Shown one piece after another: positions 31,638-40,922 of a DNA stretch of 64,000 nucleotides (its first letter is position 1; each line of letters opens with the position of its first letter). A model generated the notes under the pieces. It worked only from the letters and a program-made list of their open reading frames with translations, ran no database searches and was not told the origin of the DNA. The DNA comes from an uncultured Prevotellaceae bacterium (GTDB taxonomy: Bacteria > Bacteroidota > Bacteroidia > Bacteroidales > Muribaculaceae). The DNA is taken from positions 45,570 through 109,569 of the forward strand of contig CAMVBJ010000002.1 of the NCBI GenBank assembly GCA_947165675.1, given 5' to 3'. Both the position numbers and the translations under genes were made by a program.

Positions 31638-33107
31638 ATGATGGATTATTCACAATTCTTGTTGATGCCGCAGGAGATAGGCCTGTTGCTGGTTTTCCTG
31701 CTTGTTTTCATCTATGACACTTTCATGCCCGAGCGCACTCAGCGTTATATGCCCGTGTTCACGGTCATCATGATGGCGCTCTACACGATATACTGCTTCT
31801 GCTGCCCTGCGGCAGTGGGCGAGGCCTTTGGTGGCATGTTTGAGACGAACGCCCCCACCTGGGTGATGAAGAACATCCTCAACGTGGGTGTCGTGCTGGT
31901 ACTCTTGCAGGCTGTGAAGTGGACCAATGGCGACTTTGTGAGCGTTCGCCGTGGCGAGTTCTACGAGTTGACCTTGTTGACGTTGCTGGGCATGTTTCTC
32001 ATGATTTCGGCACGTCACTTCCTGTTGTTCGTCATCGGTCTGGAGACCGCGTCACTGCCCATCGCTGCCCTGGCTGCGTTTGAGAAGCGCTACTACGAGT
32101 CTCACGAGGCTGCCGCCAAGTATATCTTCACCGCGATTTTCTCATCAGCGATTTTCCTGCTCGGCATCTCGTTCGTCTATGGTATGAGCGGTTCGCTCTA
32201 CTTCAAGGACATTGCCGTTTCACTCATTGGTAATCATTCGGCATTGCTGATCGCCTCGCTGGCATTTGTCATCGCTGGTGTGGGCTTCAAGCTGTCGCTT
32301 GTTCCCTTCCACTTGTGGACTGCCGACGTCTATCAGGGTGCTCCCACTGCTGTGACCAGCTATCTGTCGGTCATCAGCAAGGGTGCCGCTGCGTTCTCGT
32401 TCCTGGTGATCCTGGTGCAGGTGTTTGGTTCGGCCTACTCTCAAGTGTGGGAGTGGATGCTCTATGCCATCATCATCCTGACCATCACGTTAGGCAACCT
32501 GTTCGCTGTCCGTCAGCGCAACCTCAAGCGCTTCCTGGCCTTCTCGTCGATTTCCCAGGCTGGTTACATCATGTTGGGCGTGATTGCCGTCAACGTGATG
32601 GGTATGTCCTCGATGATCTATTACGTGCTGGTTTACATCTTCAGCAACCTGGCCGCCTTCGGTGTGATTGCTGCTATCGAGCGCCAGACGGGCAAGGTCA
32701 CCATGGACGATTACAACGGCTTGTTCAAGACCAATCCCTGGCTGGCCTTCACGATGATGCTTGCCATGTTCTCGCTGGGTGGTATTCCGCCGTTTGCGGG
32801 CTTCTTCAGCAAGTTCTTCATCTTTGTGGGCGCTTGCCATCAGGGTTCGGTTGCCATCTATGCCCTGGTTCTCATTGCACTGGTTAACACCATCATCTCG
32901 CTGTACTACTACCTGCTGGTGGTCAAGGCGATGTTCATCCGTCAGGATGAGTGCGTGATTCCCAAGTTCCAGAGCCATTGGACCGAGCGTATCGGCATGA
33001 TCCTGTGCGTGCTGGGCATCATCTTCATCGGCCTTGTATCTTGCATTTATGCAAGCATCAACGGTGCGGTCGATGCCATCGGCGCCATGTTTGCAGCCGT
33101 ACAGTGA
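31638..33107 (+). CDS. nuoN: NADH-quinone oxidoreductase subunit N
   Basis: FKLSLVPFHLWTADVYQGAPT, KRFLAFSSISQAGY, SLGGIPPFAGFFSKF. Confidence 0.97.
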   Translation: MMDYSQFLLMPQEIGLLLVFLLVFIYDTFMPERTQRYMPVFTVIMMALYTIYCFCCPAAVGEAFGGMFETNAPTWVMKNILNVGVVLVLLQAVKWTNGDFVSVRRGEFYELTLLTLLGMFLMISARHFLLFVIGLETASLPIAALAAFEKRYYESHEAAAKYIFTAIFSSAIFLLGISFVYGMSGSLYFKDIAVSLIGNHSALLIASLAFVIAGVGFKLSLVPFHLWTADVYQGAPTAVTSYLSVISKGAAAFSFLVILVQVFGSAYSQVWEWMLYAIIILTITLGNLFAVRQRNLKRFLAFSSISQAGYIMLGVIAVNVMGMSSMIYYVLVYIFSNLAAFGVIAAIERQTGKVTMDDYNGLFKTNPWLAFTMMLAMFSLGGIPPFAGFFSKFFIFVGACHQGSVAIYALVLIALVNTIISLYYYLLVVKAMFIRQDECVIPKFQSHWTERIGMILCVLGIIFIGLVSCIYASINGAVDAIGAMFAAVQ

Positions 33108-33208
33108 TTGAAGCTTTAGGTTTAGCTGAAAACTGAAAAAAGAATACTTCTGATATCATTTAGCATAACCAAAAGACTGAAATCAGGTTTATTCATAGCA
33201 ATGATTGG

Positions 33209-33244
33209 GAGAGCATCGTGGTAGTCCACCATGCTCTCTTGTTT
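33209..33244 (+). terminator. Hairpin terminator candidate after the nuo-atp run
   Basis: GAGAGCAT / ATGCTCTC stem with inner GTGG/CCAC, followed by TTGTTT; sits between convergent genes. Confidence 0.55.
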
Positions 33245-33246
33245 CA

Positions 33247-33915
33247 TTAGTGCGGGTCGGGTGGCGTGTCCATGCGGGGATACATCGGGCGGCCGGCGGC
33301 ACGGGCCTGGGCGCGCTGCTCGGCGACCAGGCGGCAGTGCGCTTGCCACTCGGCTTGGCGCTCGGCACACTCGCGCTTCTCGATGGTGGCGGCGCGCTCG
33401 TGCATGAAGTTCTGGCGCAGTGCCATGATGATGATCATGGGGTCGATGGCACCATAGAAGCGGCCATACCTGCCAGCCTTGAAGTGGTGCAGGAACAGCA
33501 TGATCTCGCTCACCTTGAGGAAGCCGAACTCGCTGGCAATGGTGCGGGCCAGTTGCTTGAGCTGGTTCTTGTCCAGCTTCTCCTTGACACCGCAATACTC
33601 GCACAGGTCGTAGAGTTGTGGCGGCAGCCACATCGTCGCCGCCTCGTCATGATAGGCATGGCGCAGTATCACTAGGGTAGGGGCTGTGCCGAAGTAGGCC
33701 CTGTCCTTGTGCTCGGCGCAGTATTGCTGCAGCCCGGGATTCATGACGCGCATGAGGGACTCCAGGCTAGAATGGGATGACAGCAGGGCGTTGACCCTCG
33801 GCTGCAACCTCGGCGATAGCGCGGCACACTTCCTGGCGGCGGGCTTCTCGTTCAAGTTCGCGGCGTGTGACAGGGTCGGCAATAAATTCTTGACGGTTTT
33901 TACTGTGTGTTTCAT
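33247..33915 (-). CDS. Phage-type protein, DUF6633-like partner of Bacteroidales prophage replication initiators
   Basis: APTL...AY...AATMWL.PQL, LKVSEIMLFLHHFKAGRYGRFYGAIDP pattern recalled from Bacteroidales prophage replication modules; exact start uncertain because of the overlap. Confidence 0.6.
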   Translation of the reverse strand: MKHTVKTVKNLLPTLSHAANLNEKPAARKCAALSPRLQPRVNALLSSHSSLESLMRVMNPGLQQYCAEHKDRAYFGTAPTLVILRHAYHDEAATMWLPPQLYDLCEYCGVKEKLDKNQLKQLARTIASEFGFLKVSEIMLFLHHFKAGRYGRFYGAIDPMIIIMALRQNFMHERAATIEKRECAERQAEWQAHCRLVAEQRAQARAAGRPMYPRMDTPPDPH

Positions 33916-34603
33916 GGTTCTGGTTGGTTTTATATTGTTTGATGATGTAGGGTAGCTGGTTCACGAAGTGGGCCTTGGCGTGTGGCAAAGACTCCCGCAG
34001 GTCGCGCTCCCTCAAGTAGGCGATAAAGTCCATGATATACATGGCCATGTCGGGCTCGTTGATGCGGCGCGACATGCACAGCTGCTGCAGCCAGGGCTGC
34101 TCTTGCAGCATGCGCTCCTGCAGGTCGTCCCACTCGATGACCGCGGCGGGTGGCGGCAGGGTGCTGCCTGTTGACGTGTTTTCCACTTCACTCGTGCACG
34201 CGCCTGGTGAGAGAGTTATATTATTATTTTTTTTTATTTTTTCTTTGTTAGGGGGTGTGGGGGAAAGGGTTTCTTTTTTGGTTTTTTTTGCCATTACCAC
34301 CGTTGAGGCCGTGGTGGGGGCATCGGCTGGGGTGCCGGTAGGCTCCTCGTTCTTGCGGGGACGGCCGCCCCTGGCACCGTTGGCGCGCAGGGTCTCCAGG
34401 CGGTGGCGGGCATCACCGATGGGCGGGCTCAGCAGGGCGAAGGCGAGCCTCAGCCCAGAGTTGTTCAGGTGCTGCTCGGCATCCTCGCCACAGGCGTGCG
34501 CAGTGAGGGCCTGGAACAGGCATCCCAGCTCGCTGCTCTTGAGCGATGCGGCCACCAGGGCGAGCGTGTCGGTGTCAACCGATATGTTTAGTGTGGTTTT
34601 CAT
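33767..34603 (-). CDS. Phage-type replication initiator-like protein (DUF6291-like N-terminus)
   Basis: LRANGARGGRPRK motif ending an N-terminal helical domain, low-complexity T/K/N linker, helical C-terminal domain; TATATTTG promoter just upstream. Start placed at MKTTLN. Confidence 0.6.
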   Translation of the reverse strand: MKTTLNISVDTDTLALVAASLKSSELGCLFQALTAHACGEDAEQHLNNSGLRLAFALLSPPIGDARHRLETLRANGARGGRPRKNEEPTGTPADAPTTASTVVMAKKTKKETLSPTPPNKEKIKKNNNITLSPGACTSEVENTSTGSTLPPPAAVIEWDDLQERMLQEQPWLQQLCMSRRINEPDMAMYIMDFIAYLRERDLRESLPHAKAHFVNQLPYIIKQYKTNQNHETHSKNRQEFIADPVTRRELEREARRQEVCRAIAEVAAEGQRPAVIPF

Positions 34604-34779
34604 TTTGGTTTTGGTTTGGTTTTGGTTTTTGAGTTTTTTTTCTGGCTGCAAATATACGATGCGGCCTCACCTTTCCACCATGTCAAAAAGCACAGCTGGC
34701 CTTTTGGGGGTGTTTTCGGCTTTGCGTGAATTAGTGAATAGGCGTTTTGGCTGAACGGCTATGAAAAAAATACTGATTA

Positions 34780-35021
34780 GGGGACTTCTATAAATTAGCT
34801 TGGAATGGATTTGGATTGATTTTCAATAAATTTGGCTGCGCCTCAGCAAATCGAGCAAGCTCATTTGCATTCGGCTTGCACAAATTTTCGAGTAGATTTT
34901 GACTTAACTTCGCAGGAACATAGCAAGCTATGGTCCAAGAAGGTAAGGCAAAAGATGCCGAAAAGTAGCCAAAGACATCCAACACAAAGAAATATCATTT
35001 TGGTAATTTATAGATGTCCCC
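34780..35021. mobile_element. 242-bp MITE-like non-autonomous element with 18-bp TIRs and a 4-bp target duplication
   Basis: GGGGACTTCTATAAATTA ... TAATTTATAGATGTCCCC (17/18 inverted match); ATTA directly repeated on both flanks (34776-34779, 35022-35025); no transposase ORF. Confidence 0.8.
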
Positions 35022-35142
35022 ATTAATACTTTTTTTATTCTTTTCTTGCTGATTTGATAAAAAAATATTTCCTTTGTTGATAATAATTACCCGAATCGTA
35101 AGAGTATAGTCATCAGATTATTCACTTTAAAAATATAGGATT

Positions 35143-37857
35143 ATGAAAAAAGCATTACTTCTCATTCTGGCAGTGCTGATGGCAACGCTGGCCGTCCAAG
35201 CCGACGTGACCATCAACAGCACCAACTTTCCTGACGCCAACTTACGCTCCTACCTGCTGAGCGAGTACCCCAGCGGCACGATCACCACGGCACAGCTCAA
35301 CGCCCGCACCACGCTGAACTTGAGTTCCAAGGGCATCTCCAATGCCAAGGGCATCGAGTATTTCACCGAGTTGACGAGGCTGGACCTGTACAGCAACAAC
35401 CTGACCACAATTAATGTGAGTTCCAACACCAAGTTGATATACCTCAACGTGGGTATCAACAAGTTGACGTCGATCACCATCGGCACCATCCCCACACTAC
35501 AGGAATTGTACCTCCAGAACAACCTGCTCACGACCGTGAGTGTGTGCAATCATAGCAACCTCAGGACGCTGTGGGTGCAAAATAATCCCAACCTGACGGG
35601 CCTTTACTGCTGGCGCAACGCGTTGACCAACGTCAGCGTGAGCGGGTGCACAGCACTCAAGCAGCTCAAGATTTACAACAATTATAACTTAACGAGCATC
35701 ACTGGCCTGGCGGATTGTACAGAATTGACCTGGCTGGACGTTGAGGACACGTCGTTCAGCGACTTGAGCGTCGTTAAAAACATGACCTCCCTGCAGACGC
35801 TGCTGGCGGGCAATACCCGGATCACCACCCTCGAGACCAGTCATAGCGGCAGCCTTCAAAACCTGCAAGTCGCCGGCGACACACAATTGGCCAGTCTGAT
35901 ATGCTACAGCGAGAACTTGACAACGCTCAAGGTGACGGGTTGCACGGCGTTGACCAACCTGCGTTGCTACTACAACGATAGCCTGACTACCATCACGGGC
36001 CTGGCCAACTGCACTGCGCTGACCTATCTCGATTGCGAGGATTGTGCTATCACCGAGCTGACCGGCGTGAACAACATGACAGGCCTGGAAGTGCTGTGGT
36101 GTCGCAACAACCAGCTGACGTCTCTCGAGGTGACCTACAAGCCGAAACTGAGGAACCTGCGCGTGTCGGGCAACACGGGCTTGACCGAGCTTGTTTGCAA
36201 AAATAATGCATTGACCACGCTAGATGTGTCGGGCTGCACCAATCTGCAGCACTTAGATTGCCAGAGCAACCCATCACTTGATAATATTTCCGGATTGACC
36301 GACTGTACTGCTCTCGACTGGTTTGCCTGTGACTACTGTGCGGTGTCCTCGCTTGACATGACCTTCTGCCCCGGACTCACGAGTCTGTACTGCTACAATA
36401 ACCAACTGACAGAACTCAACGTGACAGGCCTCACCAACTTGCAGTTTCTCAACTGCAAGAATAACCCTAACCTGGGTGCCATAACTGGTCTGGCAGATTG
36501 CACAAAGATTAGCTATCTGGATTGTTCCAGTTGCGGCTTGGCCAACCTGAATGTGAGCCAGATGAGTGACTTGCAGGAATTGTGGTGCAGCGGCAACCAG
36601 TTCACCTACCTGGGTGTGACTAACAAGCCTGCATTGACCACGCTGGTAGCCAGAGATAACTCGCAGCTTGTCAATATGGAATGCAACGACTGCGCCCTGA
36701 CCGAGCTGGATGTCACCAACTGCGGCAGCCTTGGGGATATCGATTGCCAGAACAATCAATTGGGCAGTTTGGATGTCAGCACGTGCCCGTCCCTGGCCTA
36801 TCTCATTTGCAACAACAACCAGCTCACCGAGCTGGACATCAGCAACAACCCTGAGTTGTTATACCTGTGGTGCAATCAGAACCAGTTAACCAGCCTGGAC
36901 CTGAGCACTTGCCCTGATGGCTTCTTGTCGCTGGATTGCCGTTACAACAACATCGGCCACGCCCTCGACATGAGCCGCTTTGCCCAGTTGCAGCAGATCG
37001 CGTGCAGCCAGAACCAGATTCCCCAGCTGACCTTCGGCACCCATGCCAGTCTCACTGACATCTGGTGTGACTATAACCAGTTGACCACCCTGGACGTGAG
37101 CGGCTGCCCTGTCCTCAAGAACCTGGATGCCCGGAGCAACCAGCTCACGAGCCTTAACGTGACCGGCTGCACGGCCCTCCAGATACTGTATGCCCACCGC
37201 AACCAGCTCACCAGCCTGGACGTGAGTGGCCTGAGCTCGCTCCAGGCATTGTACGCCCAGTACAACAATCTCACGAGTCTGAGGGTGGCCAACTGCCCAG
37301 CCTTGTACATATTGCCCATGTACTATAATCAGATCCAGGCCGGCCAGATGGGCAAGACGGTCAACTGGCTGCCCACGCGCAGCGAGGATAACCGCGGCGC
37401 GATCTATGTTCTTGCCGGAGTGCATCCCGAGACTGGGCGTGTCGATGGTAACGTCATGACCGCCAGCCAGGTGGCCCAGGCCAATGCCAAGTATTGGGAT
37501 GTTTATTGCTGGAATTGGGATCTCGATGACTGGGAAATCTATACTGGTAGTAACTTCCTGCTGGGTGACGTGAACGGCGATGGTCAGGTCAACATCAGCG
37601 ACGTGACCGCTTTGATTGACCTCCTGCTGGGTGGTGGAGAGGCTCCCGCTCAGGCCGACGTGAACAATGACGGCAATGTCAGCATCAGTGATGTGACCGC
37701 CCTCATCGACATGCTGCTGAGTGGCCCGGCAAACCTGAAGAAAGCCGTCCCCGGCGGTGGCAATATGGAGCCCACCATGCCCACTACTAAAGAATGCAAG
37801 ATGGTAGCCCCCACCCTTGACGAGATGCGGGCACGTCGCCTGTCGCGCAGCATTTAA
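35143..37857 (+). CDS. Secreted leucine-rich-repeat protein with a C-terminal type I dockerin-like domain
   Basis: Signal peptide; NFPDANLR cap; many 21-22-aa LRRs (LxCxxNQLTxLDVS); duplicated EF-hand GDVNGDGQVNISDVTALIDLLL / ADVNNDGNVSISDVTALIDMLL. Confidence 0.9.
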   Translation: MKKALLLILAVLMATLAVQADVTINSTNFPDANLRSYLLSEYPSGTITTAQLNARTTLNLSSKGISNAKGIEYFTELTRLDLYSNNLTTINVSSNTKLIYLNVGINKLTSITIGTIPTLQELYLQNNLLTTVSVCNHSNLRTLWVQNNPNLTGLYCWRNALTNVSVSGCTALKQLKIYNNYNLTSITGLADCTELTWLDVEDTSFSDLSVVKNMTSLQTLLAGNTRITTLETSHSGSLQNLQVAGDTQLASLICYSENLTTLKVTGCTALTNLRCYYNDSLTTITGLANCTALTYLDCEDCAITELTGVNNMTGLEVLWCRNNQLTSLEVTYKPKLRNLRVSGNTGLTELVCKNNALTTLDVSGCTNLQHLDCQSNPSLDNISGLTDCTALDWFACDYCAVSSLDMTFCPGLTSLYCYNNQLTELNVTGLTNLQFLNCKNNPNLGAITGLADCTKISYLDCSSCGLANLNVSQMSDLQELWCSGNQFTYLGVTNKPALTTLVARDNSQLVNMECNDCALTELDVTNCGSLGDIDCQNNQLGSLDVSTCPSLAYLICNNNQLTELDISNNPELLYLWCNQNQLTSLDLSTCPDGFLSLDCRYNNIGHALDMSRFAQLQQIACSQNQIPQLTFGTHASLTDIWCDYNQLTTLDVSGCPVLKNLDARSNQLTSLNVTGCTALQILYAHRNQLTSLDVSGLSSLQALYAQYNNLTSLRVANCPALYILPMYYNQIQAGQMGKTVNWLPTRSEDNRGAIYVLAGVHPETGRVDGNVMTASQVAQANAKYWDVYCWNWDLDDWEIYTGSNFLLGDVNGDGQVNISDVTALIDLLLGGGEAPAQADVNNDGNVSISDVTALIDMLLSGPANLKKAVPGGGNMEPTMPTTKECKMVAPTLDEMRARRLSRSI

Positions 37858-37865
37858 AAGACGTT

Positions 37866-37897
37866 TTGGGACACGGGGAATTGTCCTCGTGTCCCAA
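37866..37897 (+). terminator. Stable hairpin after the LRR gene
   Basis: TTGGGACACG / CGTGTCCCAA 10-bp perfect stem with further inner pairing; weak U-tract. Confidence 0.5.
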
Positions 37898-38000
37898 TTC
37901 GTGTCTTGATAAAATATATTTTGGAAAATAACTGGTTACCGAGAACTTTTCACTATCTTTGTCAATCTGGAATGAAACCTGAAATAAAAGTTTAAGGAAT

Positions 38001-39938
38001 ATGAAAAAGAGCTTTATCTCATTCTTGTTGTTGGTTTGCCTGTGTGCGTTCGGTAGCGGTGCTGTCGGTGTGAAACATGGTAGCGCGCGGATGCTCGTTG
38101 ACAGTTGCGGTTTTTTCCCACAAATCAGTGTCGATGGTCAGTGGCTCTTGTATAGTCCCACCGAGGGGACGAGCCTATCGTTGAAAAATCTCATGACAGG
38201 CGAGGTCAGGACAGTGGCTACTGCAGGATACCCGGGATTTGATGCTATCATCGGTATTGACAATAAGGTGTATTACGTCACCCAGCAGCGCAAAAAGAAC
38301 GGTCTGGTCTATCGCACAGGGCACTGCTACGATCCCGCGACGGGCAAGGACAAGGTGGTACTCAAGGCTCAGCACGGGCGTGTGCAGCCACTGCAAGCCC
38401 CCCATGGCGTGGTCATCAATGGCGAGCGCCAGGTCTATCGCAGCGCGAGTCGGGTGGGGGCGTATTGCTATACGCGCGGTGACATGCTCTACCTGGTGGA
38501 CGAGACGGGCACCACGCGCGCGATTCAGCCTGTCCGTGACAGCAATGGCTACTTGTGGGCGTCCATGTCGCCCGACGGGACGCGAGTGCTCTTTGAGGCT
38601 GCGTCACGTGGCCTGTTTGTGTGTGACCTGAATGGTGAAATCGTTGCCGACTTGGGCGAATTCTTGATGCCCTGCTGGTATAACAACGATTACATTATCG
38701 CCATGAGCAATGCTGGCAACATCCGCACCAGCGGTAGCCGCATCTGGTTGATCTCGGTCGATGGAGAGGTGTGCAAGCCCATCTCGGGACGCGATGAGCG
38801 CGCTGTGCAACCCATGACTGCGGGTGGCAAGGTGGTGTATTCGTTGCTCTATAGTGGCGAGGTGCGTCAGTTGGAACTCGACATTGCCCCGGTGGCTCCG
38901 ATGGCTATCGGCGTGGGCAAGAGCAAGACCGAAAAGGTCAAGAACCCCGTGAGCCGCAAGGATGTCCCGCGAGTCTATATCAATCCCGGTCATGGCGGCC
39001 ACGACAGTGATGATCGCCATGTCCCCACATGGGTCATAGGAGCCCAGGACACGTTACACTATTATGAATCCAACTCCAACTTGACCAAGGGGCTCGCCCT
39101 GCAGGAAATTCTCAATAACAAGGGTTACGAGACCGCCATCTCTCGCAAGACCAACTATACCGAGGACGACCTGGACTTGTATGAGATTGTGGCGCTGGCA
39201 GCCAACAGTGGCTCCGACATCTTCTTTTCCATTCACAGCAATGCCACGGGCATTGACAAGCGCATCAACTTCCCGCTGGGACTGTATCGCGGGTGGGACG
39301 GTAAGCCCGCCGTTGAGGGCAGCCTCAAGCTGAGTGACCTGGTGATGAAATATGCCATCAAGAATGAACTCGCCGTGTGGACCCACAAGGAGCGCAGCCG
39401 TGGTGACTGGTCATTCTATGACTGGGGCTACAAGGTGGGGCTGGGCGTGTTGCGCTTCAACAAGCTGCCAGGCTTCTTGAGTGAGGGCTCATTCCACGAC
39501 TACCTGCCCGAGCGTGAGCGCCTGTTAAGTAATAACTACTGCTGGTTGGAGGCTTGGAACCAGTCGCTGGGCATCGATGAGTACTTTGGCCGCAAGGGCA
39601 AGTTCCAGAACGGCGTGATAGCAGGTACCGTCCGCTGGAGTGACATTTACCGTGAGGACGAGGACAAGCAGGTGTTTGATGATGATAAACTCATGCCCAT
39701 CAATGGCGCCGTCCTGCGCGTGTATAACGGTCGCGGAGCACTCAACCGCGTCTATACGGTTGATAATCTGGATAACGGAGTGTTTGTGCTGACCAACCTG
39801 CCCCCCGACAAGTATAAGTTGGAGTTGTACTATGGTCAGGATGATCTTTACATGACCACCAAGGTGAAAGTAAAGAAAAACCAGACGTCCTACAAGAACT
39901 TCAAGCTATCCAAGAAACAGAAACCGATGAAAAAGTGA
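38001..39938 (+). CDS. TolB-like beta-propeller fused to an N-acetylmuramoyl-L-alanine amidase (Amidase_3) with a C-terminal beta-sandwich
   Basis: Signal peptide; ISVDG and MSPDG propeller blades; INPGHGG, YESNSN, SIHSNA, SEGSFHD zinc/catalytic motifs. Confidence 0.85.
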   Translation: MKKSFISFLLLVCLCAFGSGAVGVKHGSARMLVDSCGFFPQISVDGQWLLYSPTEGTSLSLKNLMTGEVRTVATAGYPGFDAIIGIDNKVYYVTQQRKKNGLVYRTGHCYDPATGKDKVVLKAQHGRVQPLQAPHGVVINGERQVYRSASRVGAYCYTRGDMLYLVDETGTTRAIQPVRDSNGYLWASMSPDGTRVLFEAASRGLFVCDLNGEIVADLGEFLMPCWYNNDYIIAMSNAGNIRTSGSRIWLISVDGEVCKPISGRDERAVQPMTAGGKVVYSLLYSGEVRQLELDIAPVAPMAIGVGKSKTEKVKNPVSRKDVPRVYINPGHGGHDSDDRHVPTWVIGAQDTLHYYESNSNLTKGLALQEILNNKGYETAISRKTNYTEDDLDLYEIVALAANSGSDIFFSIHSNATGIDKRINFPLGLYRGWDGKPAVEGSLKLSDLVMKYAIKNELAVWTHKERSRGDWSFYDWGYKVGLGVLRFNKLPGFLSEGSFHDYLPERERLLSNNYCWLEAWNQSLGIDEYFGRKGKFQNGVIAGTVRWSDIYREDEDKQVFDDDKLMPINGAVLRVYNGRGALNRVYTVDNLDNGVFVLTNLPPDKYKLELYYGQDDLYMTTKVKVKKNQTSYKNFKLSKKQKPMKK

Positions 39939-40000
39939 TTGGAAATTAGTGATGATTATCGATGCTGTGGCTGTGCCATGGCTATAAAAGGATGTTAGAT

Positions 40001-40903
40001 ATGAAAAAGATATTGACAATTGTGATGATGCTGGCCGTGGCAGCAGCACTGTTTCCAGCAGCAGGTCAGGAGGTCGAGGTGACTTCACAACGGCGCTTGC
40101 TCGAGGGGGTAGAAGGTCCCGCGTTTTATCCAGTGATTAATCCTGCCGGTGACCGCCTGTTGTATTGCAGTGGTAATGGCGCATTGAAGGTGCATGATTT
40201 CAACGATGGCGTTACCCTGCTGGTGAGCGAAGGCCCAGTTGCTGGTCATGATGCTTGCTGGGGAGGTGACGGCAAGGTCTATTTCGTCACCCAGCGGATA
40301 GGAGAAGACCATCTGGTCTATCGCACGGGTCAGAGCTATGATGCCACGACCCGCAAGACTACTCAGCTCACTGCTCCGCTGCATGGTGCTGTCCGCGCGG
40401 TGCCAGCAACTCATGGCGGGGCATTGCGGGCGCCAGGTCGTGAAACCATCGAGTCGTCGGTCAACATTGGCAGCGCCGCTTGGACCGAGGGCAACCGAGT
40501 CTATGTGACAGTGGGTGATGATGAGCGTGTGTTCTCACCCGTGGATTCGTGGGCTGGCTACTTGTGGGCCTCGATCTCGCCCGATGGGCAGCGTGTGGCC
40601 TTCTTTGCCGCCGGTAAGGGCATTGTGATCATCGACCTGCGTGGCCAGGTGCTGGCTATGCTGGGTAACTATGAGATGCCATGCTGGTACAATAACGACT
40701 ATCTGGTGGCACAGAATGCCAAGGATGACGGTCACCAGATCACCTCGTCACAATTGCTGCTACTCAAGGCCGATGGCACGTGGCAAGCCGAGTTGACCCG
40801 TCCCTCCTCGATGGCGATGCATCCCACTTGTGGTGGTGGCAAGATTGTTTATACGACGATTGACGGCCTGCTCTATGAAATGAAAATCAACATTTACGAC
40901 TAA
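40001..40903 (+). CDS. Secreted TolB-like beta-propeller protein, paralog of the N-terminal half of 38001..39938
   Basis: YLWASISPDG...MPCWYNNDY matches YLWASMSPDG...MPCWYNNDY; signal peptide. Start placed at MKKILT. Confidence 0.85.
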   Translation: MKKILTIVMMLAVAAALFPAAGQEVEVTSQRRLLEGVEGPAFYPVINPAGDRLLYCSGNGALKVHDFNDGVTLLVSEGPVAGHDACWGGDGKVYFVTQRIGEDHLVYRTGQSYDATTRKTTQLTAPLHGAVRAVPATHGGALRAPGRETIESSVNIGSAAWTEGNRVYVTVGDDERVFSPVDSWAGYLWASISPDGQRVAFFAAGKGIVIIDLRGQVLAMLGNYEMPCWYNNDYLVAQNAKDDGHQITSSQLLLLKADGTWQAELTRPSSMAMHPTCGGGKIVYTTIDGLLYEMKINIYD

Positions 40904-40922
40904 GATAAACCATTTGTGCCTT

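Noticed and set aside
34227-34235. A9 homopolymer in the initiator-like gene as a slippage switch
   Set aside because: The frame is intact and the tract lies in a Lys/Asn-rich linker typical of such proteins; no evidence of variation.
34604-34633. (TTTTGG)n-like tract suggesting a phase-variable repeat
   Set aside because: It is the A/C-rich 5' leader on the minus strand, typical of Bacteroidetes translation initiation; the repeat is imperfect.
35600-37300. Regularly spaced DNA repeats suggesting a CRISPR array or DGR
   Set aside because: They are degenerate 63-66-bp LRR codons within one ORF; no identical repeats with unique spacers, cas genes or reverse transcriptase.
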